Shown: positions 49,801-63,091, counted from the first letter of the whole stretch. The stretch is 63,144 nucleotides of DNA, filler included, from Octopus bimaculoides (GCF_001194135.2; 4 parts of 4 records of this genome joined end to end with filler, not necessarily neighbours in it); one strand, 5' to 3'. Notes: generated by a model not told the origin, from the sequence alone. Numbers and translations: made by a program.

Positions 49801-50052
49801 AGATGGTCTGGTGTTGAGGGATCGTAATGTATCAAGCGTGTTTATATGTGCTGTGCGAGCAGTGGAGATGATATCCAGTTAAAATACATCATTTCATTTG
49901 GAAAATAGAAATAAATTTCAATGAGTGTTACTTACTCGGATATAGTCCAACCCTTTGTCAGCTATTTTTGGCTCCATGCGATATCTTTACTTCCAATGTT
50001 TTGGGATAAATTTCGGAGCAGTGTTTTATCGCTCTCACATGTTATATGTCCC

Positions 50053-50054
<2 letters not shown>

Positions 50055-50113
<59 letters not shown>

Positions 50114-50127
50114 TGTATTATTATCAT

Positions 50128-50169
<42 letters not shown>

Positions 50170-50176
50170 TATTTTG

Positions 50177-50223
<47 letters not shown>
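50055..50223. repeat. (TAT)n/(CAT)n microsatellite
   Basis: Direct reading. Confidence 0.95.
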
Positions 50224-50224
<1 letters not shown>

Positions 50225-50390
50225 TGAGGGGGTTATTCGATGTCATAGATCCTCTATACTGGAGTGGCACTTCCTGTTATTGATCCACTGAGTGATGAAG
50301 GACATATATATCCCAATGCAGGTTTTGAGACTTCAGCGTCACGACCCTGTACGATTTCACAAGTCATTCTGTCCGACGCTCTAACCGTTC
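50225..50390 (-). mobile_element. Highly decayed family B SINE
   Basis: Minus strand begins CAGAACGGTTAGAGCGTCGGACAGAATG and ends in (AAT)n. Confidence 0.5.
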
Positions 50391-51719
50391 TGTTATCATT
50401 ATTCAATCACATGCAATCATATCGTCCGTTATTGAATAACAGCATAAACATGAAGAACGAAACGGAATGCAAGTCAAAGGATGGTAGTCACTGATGTTTA
50501 AAGTAGAAATCAAAAGAGTTCCGATAAAGACAAAAAAAATATTTATATACGGTCATTTTCACAAAACGGAACTGAGTAGACAGGAATTACACATCGCAGT
50601 AAATGTGTTATCGTTCGAGTTTTAAAACAGGATACGTCACATTTAATCTTTCAATATAGACAATAAAGAGATTCAATGAAGTTATTTTGCACTTAGAAAA
50701 ATTGGGAGATATTCATTTTATAGAGAACAGAACGGTTTTGACAATATAGACATAAAGGACGGGCATCGTGCTCTCCCTTTTGCATTAATGAAATAATGTG
50801 CCTATGTCTGTGTGTGCGTGTATGTCTGCATAGTTGCGTGCGTGGGTGTACGTAGGTTGTGTATGAATCTATGTATAGATAGGCAGGCACATTAACAGAC
50901 AACAGACAGATAGATAAATAGACAGATAAATAGATATATGAAACATAATTTTCTAAACGAATCCCTCTCTTTTTTCAAGCTCTCTTTCTCCTGCTCCCTC
51001 CCACTCTTTTTCTCAAGCTCCCTCTCTCTCTCTCTCTCTCTCCTGCTTTCTTCATGTCACTTTTATATGTATTCGATTGTCATTTTCTCTTTTTATAATT
51101 TGTCGTTTATACCTTACTCTTAATTATTTGCCCTTTCCTTTGACTTTCTTTCCTCCTTTCTCTATTTCCTGTTTTTTAATGATACCCTTCTTATTTACTA
51201 CCTCATTAATTTTCTCTGCATTTCTCTATGTTTCATTTATTTCTTATCATGCGTATTACTAATCTTTTATTTACTGTCGTTTTTCCCCAAAACCCAGCAA
51301 CCACCACTTTTCTTCCAACCTCTTAAAATTAAAACTTGTCAGAATATTTCTTTTTCCAGTTGGAACCATAGCGACAGATTTGTACTGGAATTTGTGGTTG
51401 TTTTTTAATTTATCTTCTATTTAATCCTAATATAACACCTGCTGACAGCAGAAAATAAACAGGGGAGTAAACCATTCGGAAACGAAATGAAACTTTTATA
51501 TTTAATATTTTTTTTATTTGTTCTTATTATTTAGTCCCAGGTTATTTCTGATTAAGCCGGCCTATGACCAAAAGCAAGGCCATGTGTATCCTATTGTATA
51601 TCATAATACCTAGACCTTCTACTGTTCAATATTTTATTCCCTTTTCATGACAGAAGATCCTTATTTGACGAATACATGGCTGATATTTTTCAAAGCTCAC
51701 TGCTCACCTGGAGGCTACC

Positions 51720-51945
51720 TTATTGGGGTTATTATTTGTTCTATTGTAATGCAGTCAATGCCATTTTGCGCCTCAGCCACCCGGGTCCATCGGGCAGATT
51801 TGGTTCTCTCTTGTCTCAGAGCACGTGCCTTAGCTCTGACAATGCAATCTTTGTGCTTGGCATTAACGTGTTCAACGAGGGCAAACTCGCTTCCAGTACG
51901 TCGGTTGCAATGCCTTTCCTAAGCGCCTTTTCTAAATTTCTCACT
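51720..51945 (-). mobile_element. Tx1/L1-type ORF2 linker fragment
   Basis: Minus strand reads ATDVLEA..ALVEHVNAKHKDCIVRAKARALRQERTKSARWTRVAEAQNG. Confidence 0.55.
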
Positions 51946-52029
51946 TAATCATTCCCTAATCTTATTTCTTTCTACAATTAAAGTTGTGCTAAATCTAACT
52001 GATTCTACTTTGACGGCCCTTTTTAGATT

Positions 52030-54450
52030 ATACCACCATTTATCAGTGCTCGATGATCTTTCTAGAGGAGTAAATTTTTAGACGAAACGAGCTAGAAAAA
52101 TCAAGCAAAAATATAAAATGAAAGAATTCATGAATTCCCTGCAGCCAGGGAACAATTGAAACAACGAATACAACTGAAAACCCAAGGGCTTAGAAGGTAT
52201 GACAAAAGATTTAAATTTTATCGACAAAACAAGATATTCAAGACAGATGCAAAGAAATGTTACAGGGAAATTGGTAAGCAAGATAGAAGTAAAGAAACCA
52301 CATAAGAACGAGGAAATGAAAACCTTTTGGAAGAAGGTACGGAGCAACAAAACAATATTAGGCTAAAGCTGACTGGATAGAAGTGAGAAAGTGAGACTGG
52401 ATGAAGTTGAAGAGCAGAAATATGAGGCAATAGGAATGGAATAGTTAAGATGTGTTCTTAGGAAGTCCCACAAATGGAAACCCCTGGACTGGAACGAAAT
52501 TCTAGCATCTGGATAAACTGTTTGACAGAAGCACACCAAAATTGCGCTGTATCTCTGACTGATATCATCCAAAACCAAGAGCAAATACCTGCTTGGCTCA
52601 TCGAAAGAACAAAATACCTTCTACCAAAATTTGAAGACACAAAAATTCTAAAGAACTACCGATCAATGACATGTCTCTTACAAGATCCTCACATCCATAT
52701 TAACTGACAGAATAAACGCTTCCCTTGAACAGACATCTATCCTTCCACAAGCTAAAAATGGTTATAAAACGAATTCTTATGGGTACAAAGATCAAGTACA
52801 TTAATTGTAGAGAATTGCTGGAGTAACAACAAGTCTGAATATGGCATGAGTAGACAACAGGAAAGCGTTTGATAGTGCCCCACATAATTAGCTACTCAAG
52901 CCCCTTAAGATATATATATATGATCTCTCCTGTCATCTCCAAATTCTTACACTGTAGTATAGCTAAGTGAAACACACGTCTCCTAAACCATAGTAATGGG
53001 ATAAGCCAAACTAACAACACCAACATCAAACGAAGCATCTTTCAAGGTAACTTCTTCTCCACATTGTTGATTTGCAAAGCACTGATCTCACTCTCAAATG
53101 AACTAAAGAACACCAGATGTTGTTTCAAAGTTTACAATACGACAATAAACCATCTGTTTTATATGGAAGATCTGAAGGTGTTTGCAAGAAATGACGAAGA
53201 GCTAAAAGGGCTGCTAACAACTGTTAAAGAATTCAGTAATGGCATAGAGATGGACTGTAGCCTCGATACGTGTGCTAAAGCAACTTTTATAAGTCAAGCT
53301 CAGACAAACAGCTTCCAGTAAATTAGATACCAATACTACCATCATGGAGCTTGACCCACAAGAAAATTACAAATAACTGGAGATAAACGAAGGACATGCT
53401 ACCATGATGCTACAACATGCTACCATAAAGGAAAAAATAAGAAAGTAATATTACAGGAGAAGAAGGAATATTACAGGAGAATAAGACTCATACTAAAAAG
53501 TGAAATCAACTCTAAACGTCGCTTCCAAGCCACTAACACTCTGGCACTTCCAGTAGTCTGATATAGTTTTAACATCATTGAATGGAATCTTACAGAGCTC
53601 CAATGCCTGGACAGGAAGACAGGAATGCTACTAACTTCTAAAAACATGCACCACCCAAAAGAAGACGTTGATCGTCTGCACTTACCTAGAAGTAATGGGG
53701 GAAGAGGAACGATGCAGGTAGAACTGTGCTATAAGACCTCCTCAATAGCAATGAACGGGTACTTATCTAGTACAGAGGACTGAACGCTGCAATTTGTGTG
53801 CAAACAAGAATGCACCAAAAAATCACAGTCTGTTGTCAAGGAAGCTTGCAAATTCGCAAGGGAACTTGGCATTAATCTTGAAATATCTGAAGAACCTGAA
53901 ACCACTCCCACAAAACAAGCAAAATCGATCAAACACACGACAAGAAAGAACGGGCAGAACCAAGTTGAGAAGTGGTGAAACCAGAAGCCTCTGCATGGAC
54001 AGTATATACTCCGAAGTCGAAATGCTGATGTAGATAAAGCAACAGCCCATCAGGGGCTGAGAAATTCAGGAATGAAAGCAGAGATTGAATGTGTCATATT
54101 GGCGGCACAAAATCAAAGTTTGCTCAGAAAAAAACTACCAGACTAACGTTCTTCAAAATGGTTCTGACCCAAAATGCAGATTCTGCTACACATTTGACGA
54201 AACAATAGACTAACCTATCTCAAGATGTCCTGAGCTGACACCAAACGAATACAAAAATTGCCACGATAGGGTAGGGCAGTATTTACACTGGAAAATAGGT
54301 AAAGACTACAAAATCGGCACGTCTACTTACTGCTATGAACATCATCCTGAGCCAGGGCATTGAAGGTAAAAATGACACTATCCTCTGGGATTTTCCAGTC
54401 AACACTCACGAAACGATCCAGGATAATCGACCAGACATAATTATTAAGGA
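52030..54450 (+). mobile_element. Decayed R4/Dong-type LINE (RT, CCHC, partial RLE)
   Basis: NYRSMTCL, IFQG, HLFYMEDLKVF, CRFCYTFDETID, ILWDFPVNT..NRPDIIIKD. Confidence 0.9.
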
Positions 54451-55090
54451 CAGAGAACATTGGAGGGAACTTAAGGAAGAGAATAGCTCATCAGTTCTGT
54501 ACCAGCACGCTGAGCAAGAACACGGAGGCTCACTCAACAACATAGAAATTAAAATCTTGTCCACACATAGAACAGACGCAGCGCTTAGACAAATTACACA
54601 AACTACACACATAATAGAAGATAAACCTAGCCTGAATAGGGAACTGGAATGGAACTATATGAACAAAATATACTACAATGCATAGATAAACAAATGGAAT
54701 TAAATAACTACATGTGTTAACAAAATTAAATTAAAAGTAAAAAAAAGTAGGTATAAACACATGAACAATAAATAAAAACAAATTAAACGAACATGTATAG
54801 ACAGGGGATACAGATAATACAGGCACTCCCCATACACATGCACTTACAAAACATAGACACACATACAGGGATACGCACGCGCAAATATAGACACATAAAA
54901 TAGGAATACAAAATACAAAATGGCTGATCGTTAGTCAGGAGGGACACACATATAAGAAAGAAGAAAGCAAAGGACCAGTGATGAGGTCACAGAAGTGTGA
55001 CGAAAGAACTCTGGCCGAAATATGAATAATGTAATGTAATGTAATATAAAGCTGAAGCAAATTAACACCAAATATATAGTGCATGTGTTT
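54451..55090 (+). mobile_element. Penelope-like element 3' fragment: GIY-YIG C-terminus plus hammerhead-bearing UTR
   Basis: EHWRELKEENSSSVLYQHAEQEHGG..IKILS..RQITQTTHIIEDKPSLN resembles the GIY-YIG C-terminal half; hammerhead motif about 290 bp downstream. Confidence 0.7.
54972..55016 (+). ncRNA. Minimal type I hammerhead motif with one core substitution (C3G)
   Basis: GGACCA-GTGATGA-G-GTCAC-AGAAGT-GTGAC-GAAAG-AA-CTC-TGGCC. Confidence 0.65.
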
Positions 55091-55126
55091 TTATTGGCTA
55101 CACTGGCAACATGACCATCCCCAAAT

Positions 55127-55174
<48 letters not shown>

Positions 55175-55399
55175 CCTCCCTCAGATGCGCTGTCACAACA
55201 CCATGTAAGTGAAAATGAAAGCACATGGACTGCAATACCTCAATGCGAAAACTGCATACCTGTGAGTAAAATTGTAGTCATATATGCCTCAATCCATGTC
55301 TATACAAATCCTCCATGGGCCATGTTCTCTCAAAGAGTAAACGCTGTAAAGACAGACCCATAACAAAACCAACAAAAAAGACGATGGTCACATAACTAT

Positions 55400-55790
55400 G
55401 AATACAATGAACTGGTTGATTTATGATTTACACACACTACTGTGCAACATTCCTTCAATGAAATACAGGAATAAACTCATACATTAAATAACCAATAAAA
55501 TGAACAAACCCTACAAGTCCGATAACATATGAACACATCCTGCACTGTACAAATAATACATAATACAAAAACCAATACACTAGATGACTCAAACCAAACC
55601 CCATAACAAGACATACTGATACAATACAATATTCCCAACAAAAAAAAATAATAAAGCAAACACCCAACCAGCACAAAGTGCAGCAAGTGATGCAATACAA
55701 AGTTAATTGAAACTATCGAAGAATAATAGTGGTGATGACGTTGGTGAGGACCGTTACCTTACTTCAGTTTATGAGAAACAAGACTTGGCA
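55400..55790 (+). mobile_element. Second copy of the unclassified AC-rich repeat
   Basis: Homology to 41547-41900 (-). Confidence 0.65.
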
Positions 55791-56734
55791 TCTAAACTCT
55801 CTTTGTAGCGGCGAAAATAAGGTTGGACCTTTAAGGAGAGGACTCTCGCTCGGCAGTGGTTCAGTAATGATTATTATCCTAATACAGCATCAGCAAATAA
55901 TGGAGTAAGAAGGAGGGAGTGGACCAACGAAGAAAATAGGAGAGTGATGCAGTGCTGCTTAGAAAGTGAACTTAAAAGAAGGGCGTTATAGAAAATGGAT
56001 GTTAACACTTTGGGTAGAGGAGGGCACGTTTAAAGTCACTAAGCAGAGACTAGTAGATGAAGCTGGTGTTATAAAAAGGAAGTAGATGACAGAATTGGAT
56101 ATCAAAGAGATCAGGAGATAACCGAAAAAGAAAGACCAGGCAGTACGAAAGACAAACAACAACAAAAGTGATGCAGTTGAAACCTATAAAAATGAACAAA
56201 AACACAACCAATACGGATCAGGCAACTGGCACCAGCGATTTAAGTGATTTATTTGGAGAAGATCAGAAGATTTTAGATGCAGGAAGTATGAGTATAGAAG
56301 TTAGACAAAGATTACCAGCATTAAAATTTGCCAACAGAAAGAACCTGCTAGATATGACTAGGAAAGTAGATTCTGTTATCAGTAGGATAGATACTAAAAA
56401 TATAGGAAACACTAACTTACGCAGGCGAGGTAGTAGTTATTACTACTAGGAATGATTAGAAAAGTGCAAATATGGACGAGGAGACTACAAAATAAAATGA
56501 AGACCTTAAGAGAAGATCCGTGTAGAAAAGAAGCCTGGAAACTTAGCACGGTAGGAAACATGATTTAAATCTTCTCTTGAGAGAAGATACTAAGTCAAAG
56601 AGAAAGGATTTGGGAGAGTCACAGAAGAGTTCAAACAGCAGTAGCAGGTAAGATTTCCAGATATAAGAACAAAATAGATCAGCATCAACAGAATAGATTA
56701 TATGAGGCAGACCAGAGGAGATATCATAAACAAA

Positions 56735-57285
56735 TAGGCGTAGGAGTGGCTGTGTGGTAAGTAGCTTGCCTACGAACCACATGGTCCTGGGTTCAGTCTC
56801 ACTGCGTGGCACCTTGGGCAAGTGTCTTCTACTATAGCCTCGGGCTGACCAAAGCCTTCTGAGTGGATTTGGTAGACGGAAACTGAAAGAAGCCCGTCGT
56901 ATATATGTATATATATATATATATATATATNNNNNNNNNNNNNNNNNNNNNNNNNNNNNNNNNNNNNNNNNNNNNNNNNNNNNNNNNNNNNNNNNNNNNN
57001 NNNNNNNNNNNNNNNNNNNNNNNNNNNNNNNNNNNNNNNNNNNNNNNNNNNNNNNNNNNNNNNNNNNNNNNNNNNNNNNNNNNNNNNNNNNNNNNNNNNN
57101 NNNNNNNNNNNCTGGTGTGTTTACGTCCCCGTAACTTAGCGGTTCGGCAAAAGAGACTGATAGAATAAGTACTAGGCTTCCAAAGAATAAGTCCTGGGGT
57201 CGATTTGCTCGACTAAAGGCGGTGCTCCAGCATGGCCGCAGTCAAATGACTGAAACAAGTAAAAGAGTAAAAGAGTAAAAGAGTA
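56735..57285 (+). mobile_element. Near-consensus family A SINE inserted in the LINE
   Basis: Head GGAGTGGCTGTGTGGTAAG..GGGTTCAGTCTCAC, CCTTGGGCAAGT (CORE-like), tail GAAACAA(GTAAAAGA)3. Confidence 0.95.
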
Positions 57286-57554
57286 AATAAATAGTGGAGG
57301 AAAAAGTACTGAAGATGAGAAAACTAATGCAGCAGAAGCTAAAATGTTCTGGGATAATATTTGAGATAAGCCAATTAATCAAGCATGGTCAAAGAAAGAG
57401 ATGGAAGAAGTAGTGAGTGAGAAGCAGCCAAATATAAGACTAAGTAGTGCATTAATGAGTAAAGTGTTAGAACCAGATCTAGTTCAGGGGTACTGGCTAA
57501 AGAAATTGAGTCGTTCATAAGGGAGGCTGAGGGAACAACTTCAGCATTGGCTTA

Positions 57555-57720
57555 ATGGATTGCCTTCATGGATTGCCTTCATGGATTGCCTTCATGGATT
57601 GCCTTCATGGATTGCCTTCATGGATTGCCTTCATGGATTGCCTTCATGGATTGCCTTCATGGATTGCCTTCATGGACTGTCTTCATGGATTGCCTTCATG
57701 GATTGCCTTCATGGATTGGA
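57555..57720. repeat. 13-bp minisatellite (ATGGATTGCCTTC) x12 plus a partial unit
   Basis: Counted directly; only unit 10 differs (ATGGACTGTCTTC). Confidence 0.97.
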
Positions 57721-59737
57721 TGACTAGAGGGAAAACAATAATCCTTATTAAAGATAAAAGCAAGGGTAATACAACTAGCAATTATAGACTACTCACTTCC
57801 TTAGCATGAGTGTGGAAGCTGTTTAAAGGAAAGTTTTAAGAAAATATACATGAGCACCTTGACGACCAGAAATTACTGTCAGAACGGAAAGGTTGCAAGA
57901 GGGCTAAAGGAACGCATGATCTATTTTACATAGACAAAGCAGTTCTAAATGAAGTAAAATCTAGAAAGAAAAATCTAACAATAGCATGGATAGATTATAA
58001 GAAAGCCTATGACATGATCCGACACTCATAGATAAGGGAATGTTTGATTATCTTCAGTATAGCAGACAACATAAGATAATTAATTAACTTTAGCACGACG
58101 AAATGGAAGATAGATCTTTACTCAGGTGACACAGTCGTAAGAAAAGTTAATATCGAAACAGAAATTTTCCAAGGAGACTCGTTATCCTCTTTACTATTGG
58201 TCTTATGTTTGATCCTCCTCATTTTAGTATTAAGTAAGGTAAAGGCAGGGTATCAGTTCAGAAACAATAAGGGAAAAATTAACCATTTGCTCTACATGGA
58301 TAATCTGGAGCTTTTTAGTGAGAATGGAAAATACATAGAGTCATTAATACAGAGTGTAAGATAAAGGCATGGGATTTTGCATATATAAATGTGCATACAT
58401 AAGTGTCCACTAAAAGGAAACAGGTAGTCAATAGTGAAGGCATGCAAGTACGAGGTGGCTACACATTCAGATCAATGAAAGAAGGAGAGACTTATAAGTA
58501 TCTTGGAGTATTAGTATCTGAGAGAATATTAACTATAGAAATGAAAGCGAAAATTGAGAATGAGTGCACCAGAAGGGTGTCGAAACGAATGAATTCAAAA
58601 CTAAATGGTCCGAATCTAGTGAAGGCTGTAAATATTTGGGCAGTATCATTACTTAACTTGCTCAGCAGCCTTTTGAGATTGAATAGAAACTGATTTAGCA
58701 AAGATAGACAGAACTAGCATGGAATCTAAAATCAATGGAGGACTCCATCCAAGAGCAGGAATAGCAAGATTATACTTACCTAGAAAGGAAGGAGGAAGAG
58801 AGTTAATATCAGTGGCAGACTGCGTAGAGTAAGCTAGAGGAGATATTAGTGAAGGAAGTTTATTTAGAGCTGCTAGAGTGACAGCAAGACAGTTAAAGAC
58901 CAGAAAAAAAGAACATAAGTTATCTGACTGCCAAGGGAAGGTCTTGCATGGTAGAATTCCAAAGATTCTTGTAGGAAATGGTAGTATTGAGACATGGTAA
59001 TGTTTATAGACAGGAAGGCTGAAAAGGGAAACAGAAAGTTTGTTAGTAGCAGCATAAGATAAAGCATGGAGGACTAATTCGATAAACGGCAAGATAGACA
59101 AAAAGCAAGTTGATTCCCAATGTAGGCTATGCAAATGAAAAGAGTTAAGTGTTACTCATATAGTAATTAAATGTATCCTGCTGGCACAAAAAGAATATAA
59201 GAAAAGACAGGACAACTTAGGGAGAATAATCTACTAAAAGTTATGTAGAACGCTAGGATTGAACATACAGATACATGGTAGGAAAGTGAACCTAGTAATG
59301 TACTAGAAAGGAAGAAATATAAAATGTTGTAGGGCCTTAACATTCAGATTGACGGAGTAATAGAAACTAGAAGGCTTGATTTAGTAGTAGTAGATGAATT
59401 GAATAGAAAGTGTCAGACAATTAATTTTACAGTACCAAATGATGAAAAAATCAATATGAGGAACACAGAAGAAATAGCAAAGTACCAGGACTTAGCCAAT
59501 AAATGGAAAGTGCGGGTATAATGTATCAGAGTAGTTACAGATTCATTAGGAACTATTTTAACAATTTTGAAGAGACGGATAAAGGAAATAGCCATACAAC
59601 CCAGCTCAATACATCTCCAGAAAACAGTATTATCTGGGACAGCTAGGATACTAGGGAGGGTTCATGACATTTAAGATTACTTGTTTTAGCGTGATGTTAG
59701 AAATTTTCTTTTTCAACAGTTTAAACTGTTGTGTATA

Positions 59738-59854
<117 letters not shown>

Positions 59855-60399
59855 NNNNNNNNNNNNNNNNNNNNNNNNNNNNNNNNNNNNNNNNNNNNTT
59901 AATTAATTAANNNNNNNNNNNNNNNNNNNNNNNNNNNNNNNNNNNNNNNNNNNNTTTTTTTTGTCGTGTGGATAACAGCGAACTAATTGACTGTCTTTGC
60001 TGGAGTGTAAAACCCGATTCCTGCAGCTAGCTATTCGATTAAACAATGCCACGTGCCCGAAACTGATAAACAAAAACAAGTCACATGTATACACAACGGG
60101 TTTAATGGTTGAAGCGAGATGGATAACGTAAGGATGAGGTTAGAGTCGCGGCAGTGGTGCTTTCTATAGTTGTGGCAGCTCTAGTTTGGTTCGCTTTGCT
60201 TAAATTTTGGCTGGGTTGGTTTGGGTTTGGGTTTGGGTTTGGGTTAGGTTCTGATCGATTCTAGTTAGTGGTTGTTCCTTTAGTGGTGGTAGCGGTGGTG
60301 GTGGATTGTGGTAGAGTGTTTTGATATCTTGAAGGGAGGGACTTGTGGGATGGGCACTGAATATTAGAGTGCACACAGGAAAGGTGGGGGTGGGGAGAG

Positions 60400-60894
60400 A
60401 TGATGATAATAAATATACAATATAAAATAAACATACAATATAAAAAAAATGATTACTGACAGTGAAAAGGAAAGCGAAATGATTTTTGAGAGTAAGAGAT
60501 GGAGAGATAAGGAAGGGGAACGAGAGAGAAAGAAATAAAAAGATAAAGGAGAAAATTAGAAAGGAAGAGAAAGAGATAGAGAGAGGGAGAGAGAAGAGAA
60601 AGAGAGAATGAGAAAGATTGGCGACGAGAGAGTGAGAGTGAACAAGAGAGTGCACGCGAGCGTGTGTGCATGTGAGGGAGAGAAAGAGAGTGTGTGTGAG
60701 AGTGAAAGGGCGAGAGTAACGCAAGAACTGCTGGGAACATTTGAAGCATTGGGATTCTGGAATTGAAGGGAATGAAAACTGGAAATTGAGATCAAGAGAT
60801 ACGGTGCACGAAACATGAAAATTATGAGAACGGGAGGAAAGAAAATGACAAGCAAATAAGATAGAATTGACAGAAAAGAAAGACAAAATAATAC

Positions 60895-60925
<31 letters not shown>

Positions 60926-61170
60926 TGTGTGTGTGTGTTTGTGTGTGTAGAGAAAGAAAGAAATACACTGAGTGTGCGTGAGGAAAGGGTAGAGAAGTAG
61001 TTATTGTTCATGAGGGACTGGCAAAATAGGCCACAGAGACGGAGGATTTCTAGGGGAAAATGCTTCGAAGAAAGATGATGGAAAAGAAAGTTTAGAGGCA
61101 ACATTGACCAAAGAAGCGTGAGAGAAGGATGATAGAGACAAAGATTAGAACAGGAAAGAAAAGTCTTGAT
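60400..61170. repeat. Purine-rich low-complexity region with (TG)n
   Basis: Strong A/G strand bias. Confidence 0.7.
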
Positions 61171-61186
61171 TGGAACTGATAAAAAC

Positions 61187-61249
<63 letters not shown>

Positions 61250-61251
61250 AA

Positions 61252-61343
<92 letters not shown>

Positions 61344-61348
61344 TGATG

Positions 61349-61400
<52 letters not shown>

Positions 61401-61402
61401 CG

Positions 61403-61437
<35 letters not shown>

Positions 61438-61477
61438 GATAATAATAATAATAATAATAATACAAAATAATAATAAT

Positions 61478-61517
<40 letters not shown>
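61187..61517. repeat. Long interrupted (AAT)n microsatellite
   Basis: Direct reading. Confidence 0.97.
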
Positions 61518-61520
<3 letters not shown>

Positions 61521-61799
61521 TTATAAATAAGTAATAAATAAAGTAAAGTAAAATGAAAAAAAATGTCCAAGTTCATACATAGCTGAAGATTTCAAGAGAA
61601 ATGCATTTTATCAAATGGCGTCCAAAATTTAACTGCTTTTTTTGTTTGTTTGTTTTGTTGTATTTTAGTTATTTTTTTGTTTGTTTGTTTTGTTGTATTT
61701 TAGTTATTTTTGTGGGGTGTTTTTCGCGGATGTCATTTTTTTTTCTTTTGTTTCTATTTAAGTTGAATAATAATTTTTATAGATAAATATATCATAATT

Positions 61800-62245
61800 A
61801 CAATGTTATTGCTGGCAACACTGTCACTGCTACTGCATGGCCCCCACCATCGCTACAAACCACTACCGCCCAAATCACCACCAGCACCACTGCCACTACC
61901 AAAAGAACCACCACCACCTACCTACTCCTCCACCACGACCACCATTACCATGACCACTATCATCATCATTACCATTCTCATAATAATTACCACGTCTATG
62001 CAAATAAAGAGTTTATATCAATTCTCATGAACATAATTAAAGCAATAGCGATGACATCATCAACAACTGCAGAAACAATAACCGGCCACAGTAATAATAA
62101 ATATAATACTAGCAGTGGTAACCTTAGCAACAAAAGCAACAACAAGAACTGCAATAATAACTACAGCATAAACAATTGCATTAACAAGAACAACTGCAAC
62201 ATGAACAACAACAATGTTCGATAACAACAATGACTGTAACAACAA
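61800..62245. repeat. Decayed (CAC)/(CAT)/(AAC) trinucleotide region
   Basis: Triplet periodicity with A/C strand bias. Confidence 0.7.
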
Positions 62246-62914
62246 CAATGGAATATTCTAAAACTCCAGATACTAGCATTTTTGTTTCCTTTTCTGTTAA
62301 ATAATTTAATGGGGGAAAAAAGCAGATCATATATAACTGATAGTTAAAACAGCTAAACATAGCAGTGTTTCTGTGTAGTCATTACTGAAATTGACTTCCG
62401 AAAACTTTATCGTAATTCTTTTAAAATAATGGAAATTTTAGAGAAAAAAAAAAACAAAAAAAAAACAAGGGAAAAAATTTACGCGTATTGATAACGGCGA
62501 GCCGTTCATCTCGGTTTCAATAATTCTTACATAAAAATGCGCGACATTTGTTTTCGAATTTATCATTTAAAAAAACTAATATTTTAAAATTATATATATA
62601 TATGAAGCATTGTACATTGTTGTCAGATAGTTAAGGAAGAAAGTTCAACTTATTGGTGACACAATGTCCTAGATATTTCAAAATGGAACACTATTTTATT
62701 GATTCGAATTCGAAGTGATGTAGTGGCATGATAGACAATAGTCTAAGAAACAGGAGAATGTGTGTGGGTGGTGGTGGGGGTGTTGGTGTGTGTAAATTTA
62801 CTTCTTGTTCCATTTATTTTCATTGTGCACACTCCTTGGTTGCTATTGCTCCATTTCACATTTGTATACTTTTTACAGCGTGCTATACTTGTATAATTCC
62901 ATATGTATACATGT

Positions 62915-62993
62915 CTCTCTTTCTCTTTCTCTTTCTCTCTGTCTCTATGCTTATCCATCCATCCATCCATCCATCCATCCATCCATCCATCCA

Positions 62994-63091
<98 letters not shown>

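Larger units (their letters stand above)
55850..59737 (+). mobile_element. Near full-length but heavily decayed R4/Dong-type LINE with SINE insertion and internal minisatellite
   Basis: N-terminal RRREWTNEENRRVMQC; IFQGDSLS; HLLYMDNLEL; YKYLGVL; ends SGTARILGRVHDI* then (TAC)n(TAA)n. Confidence 0.9.

Noticed and set aside
49790-49920. HDV-like ribozyme expected in the 5' UTR of R4-type LINEs (also checked near 55790-55870)
   Set aside because: No nested double pseudoknot could be discerned by eye
50290-50325. GTGATGAAGGA..TCC as a hammerhead
   Set aside because: No GAAAC, and it lies within a decayed family B SINE on the opposite strand
57555-57720. CRISPR-like or coding repeat (MDCLHGLPSWIAF)n
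   Set aside because: Contiguous 13-bp units without spacers; the peptide periodicity is an arithmetic consequence
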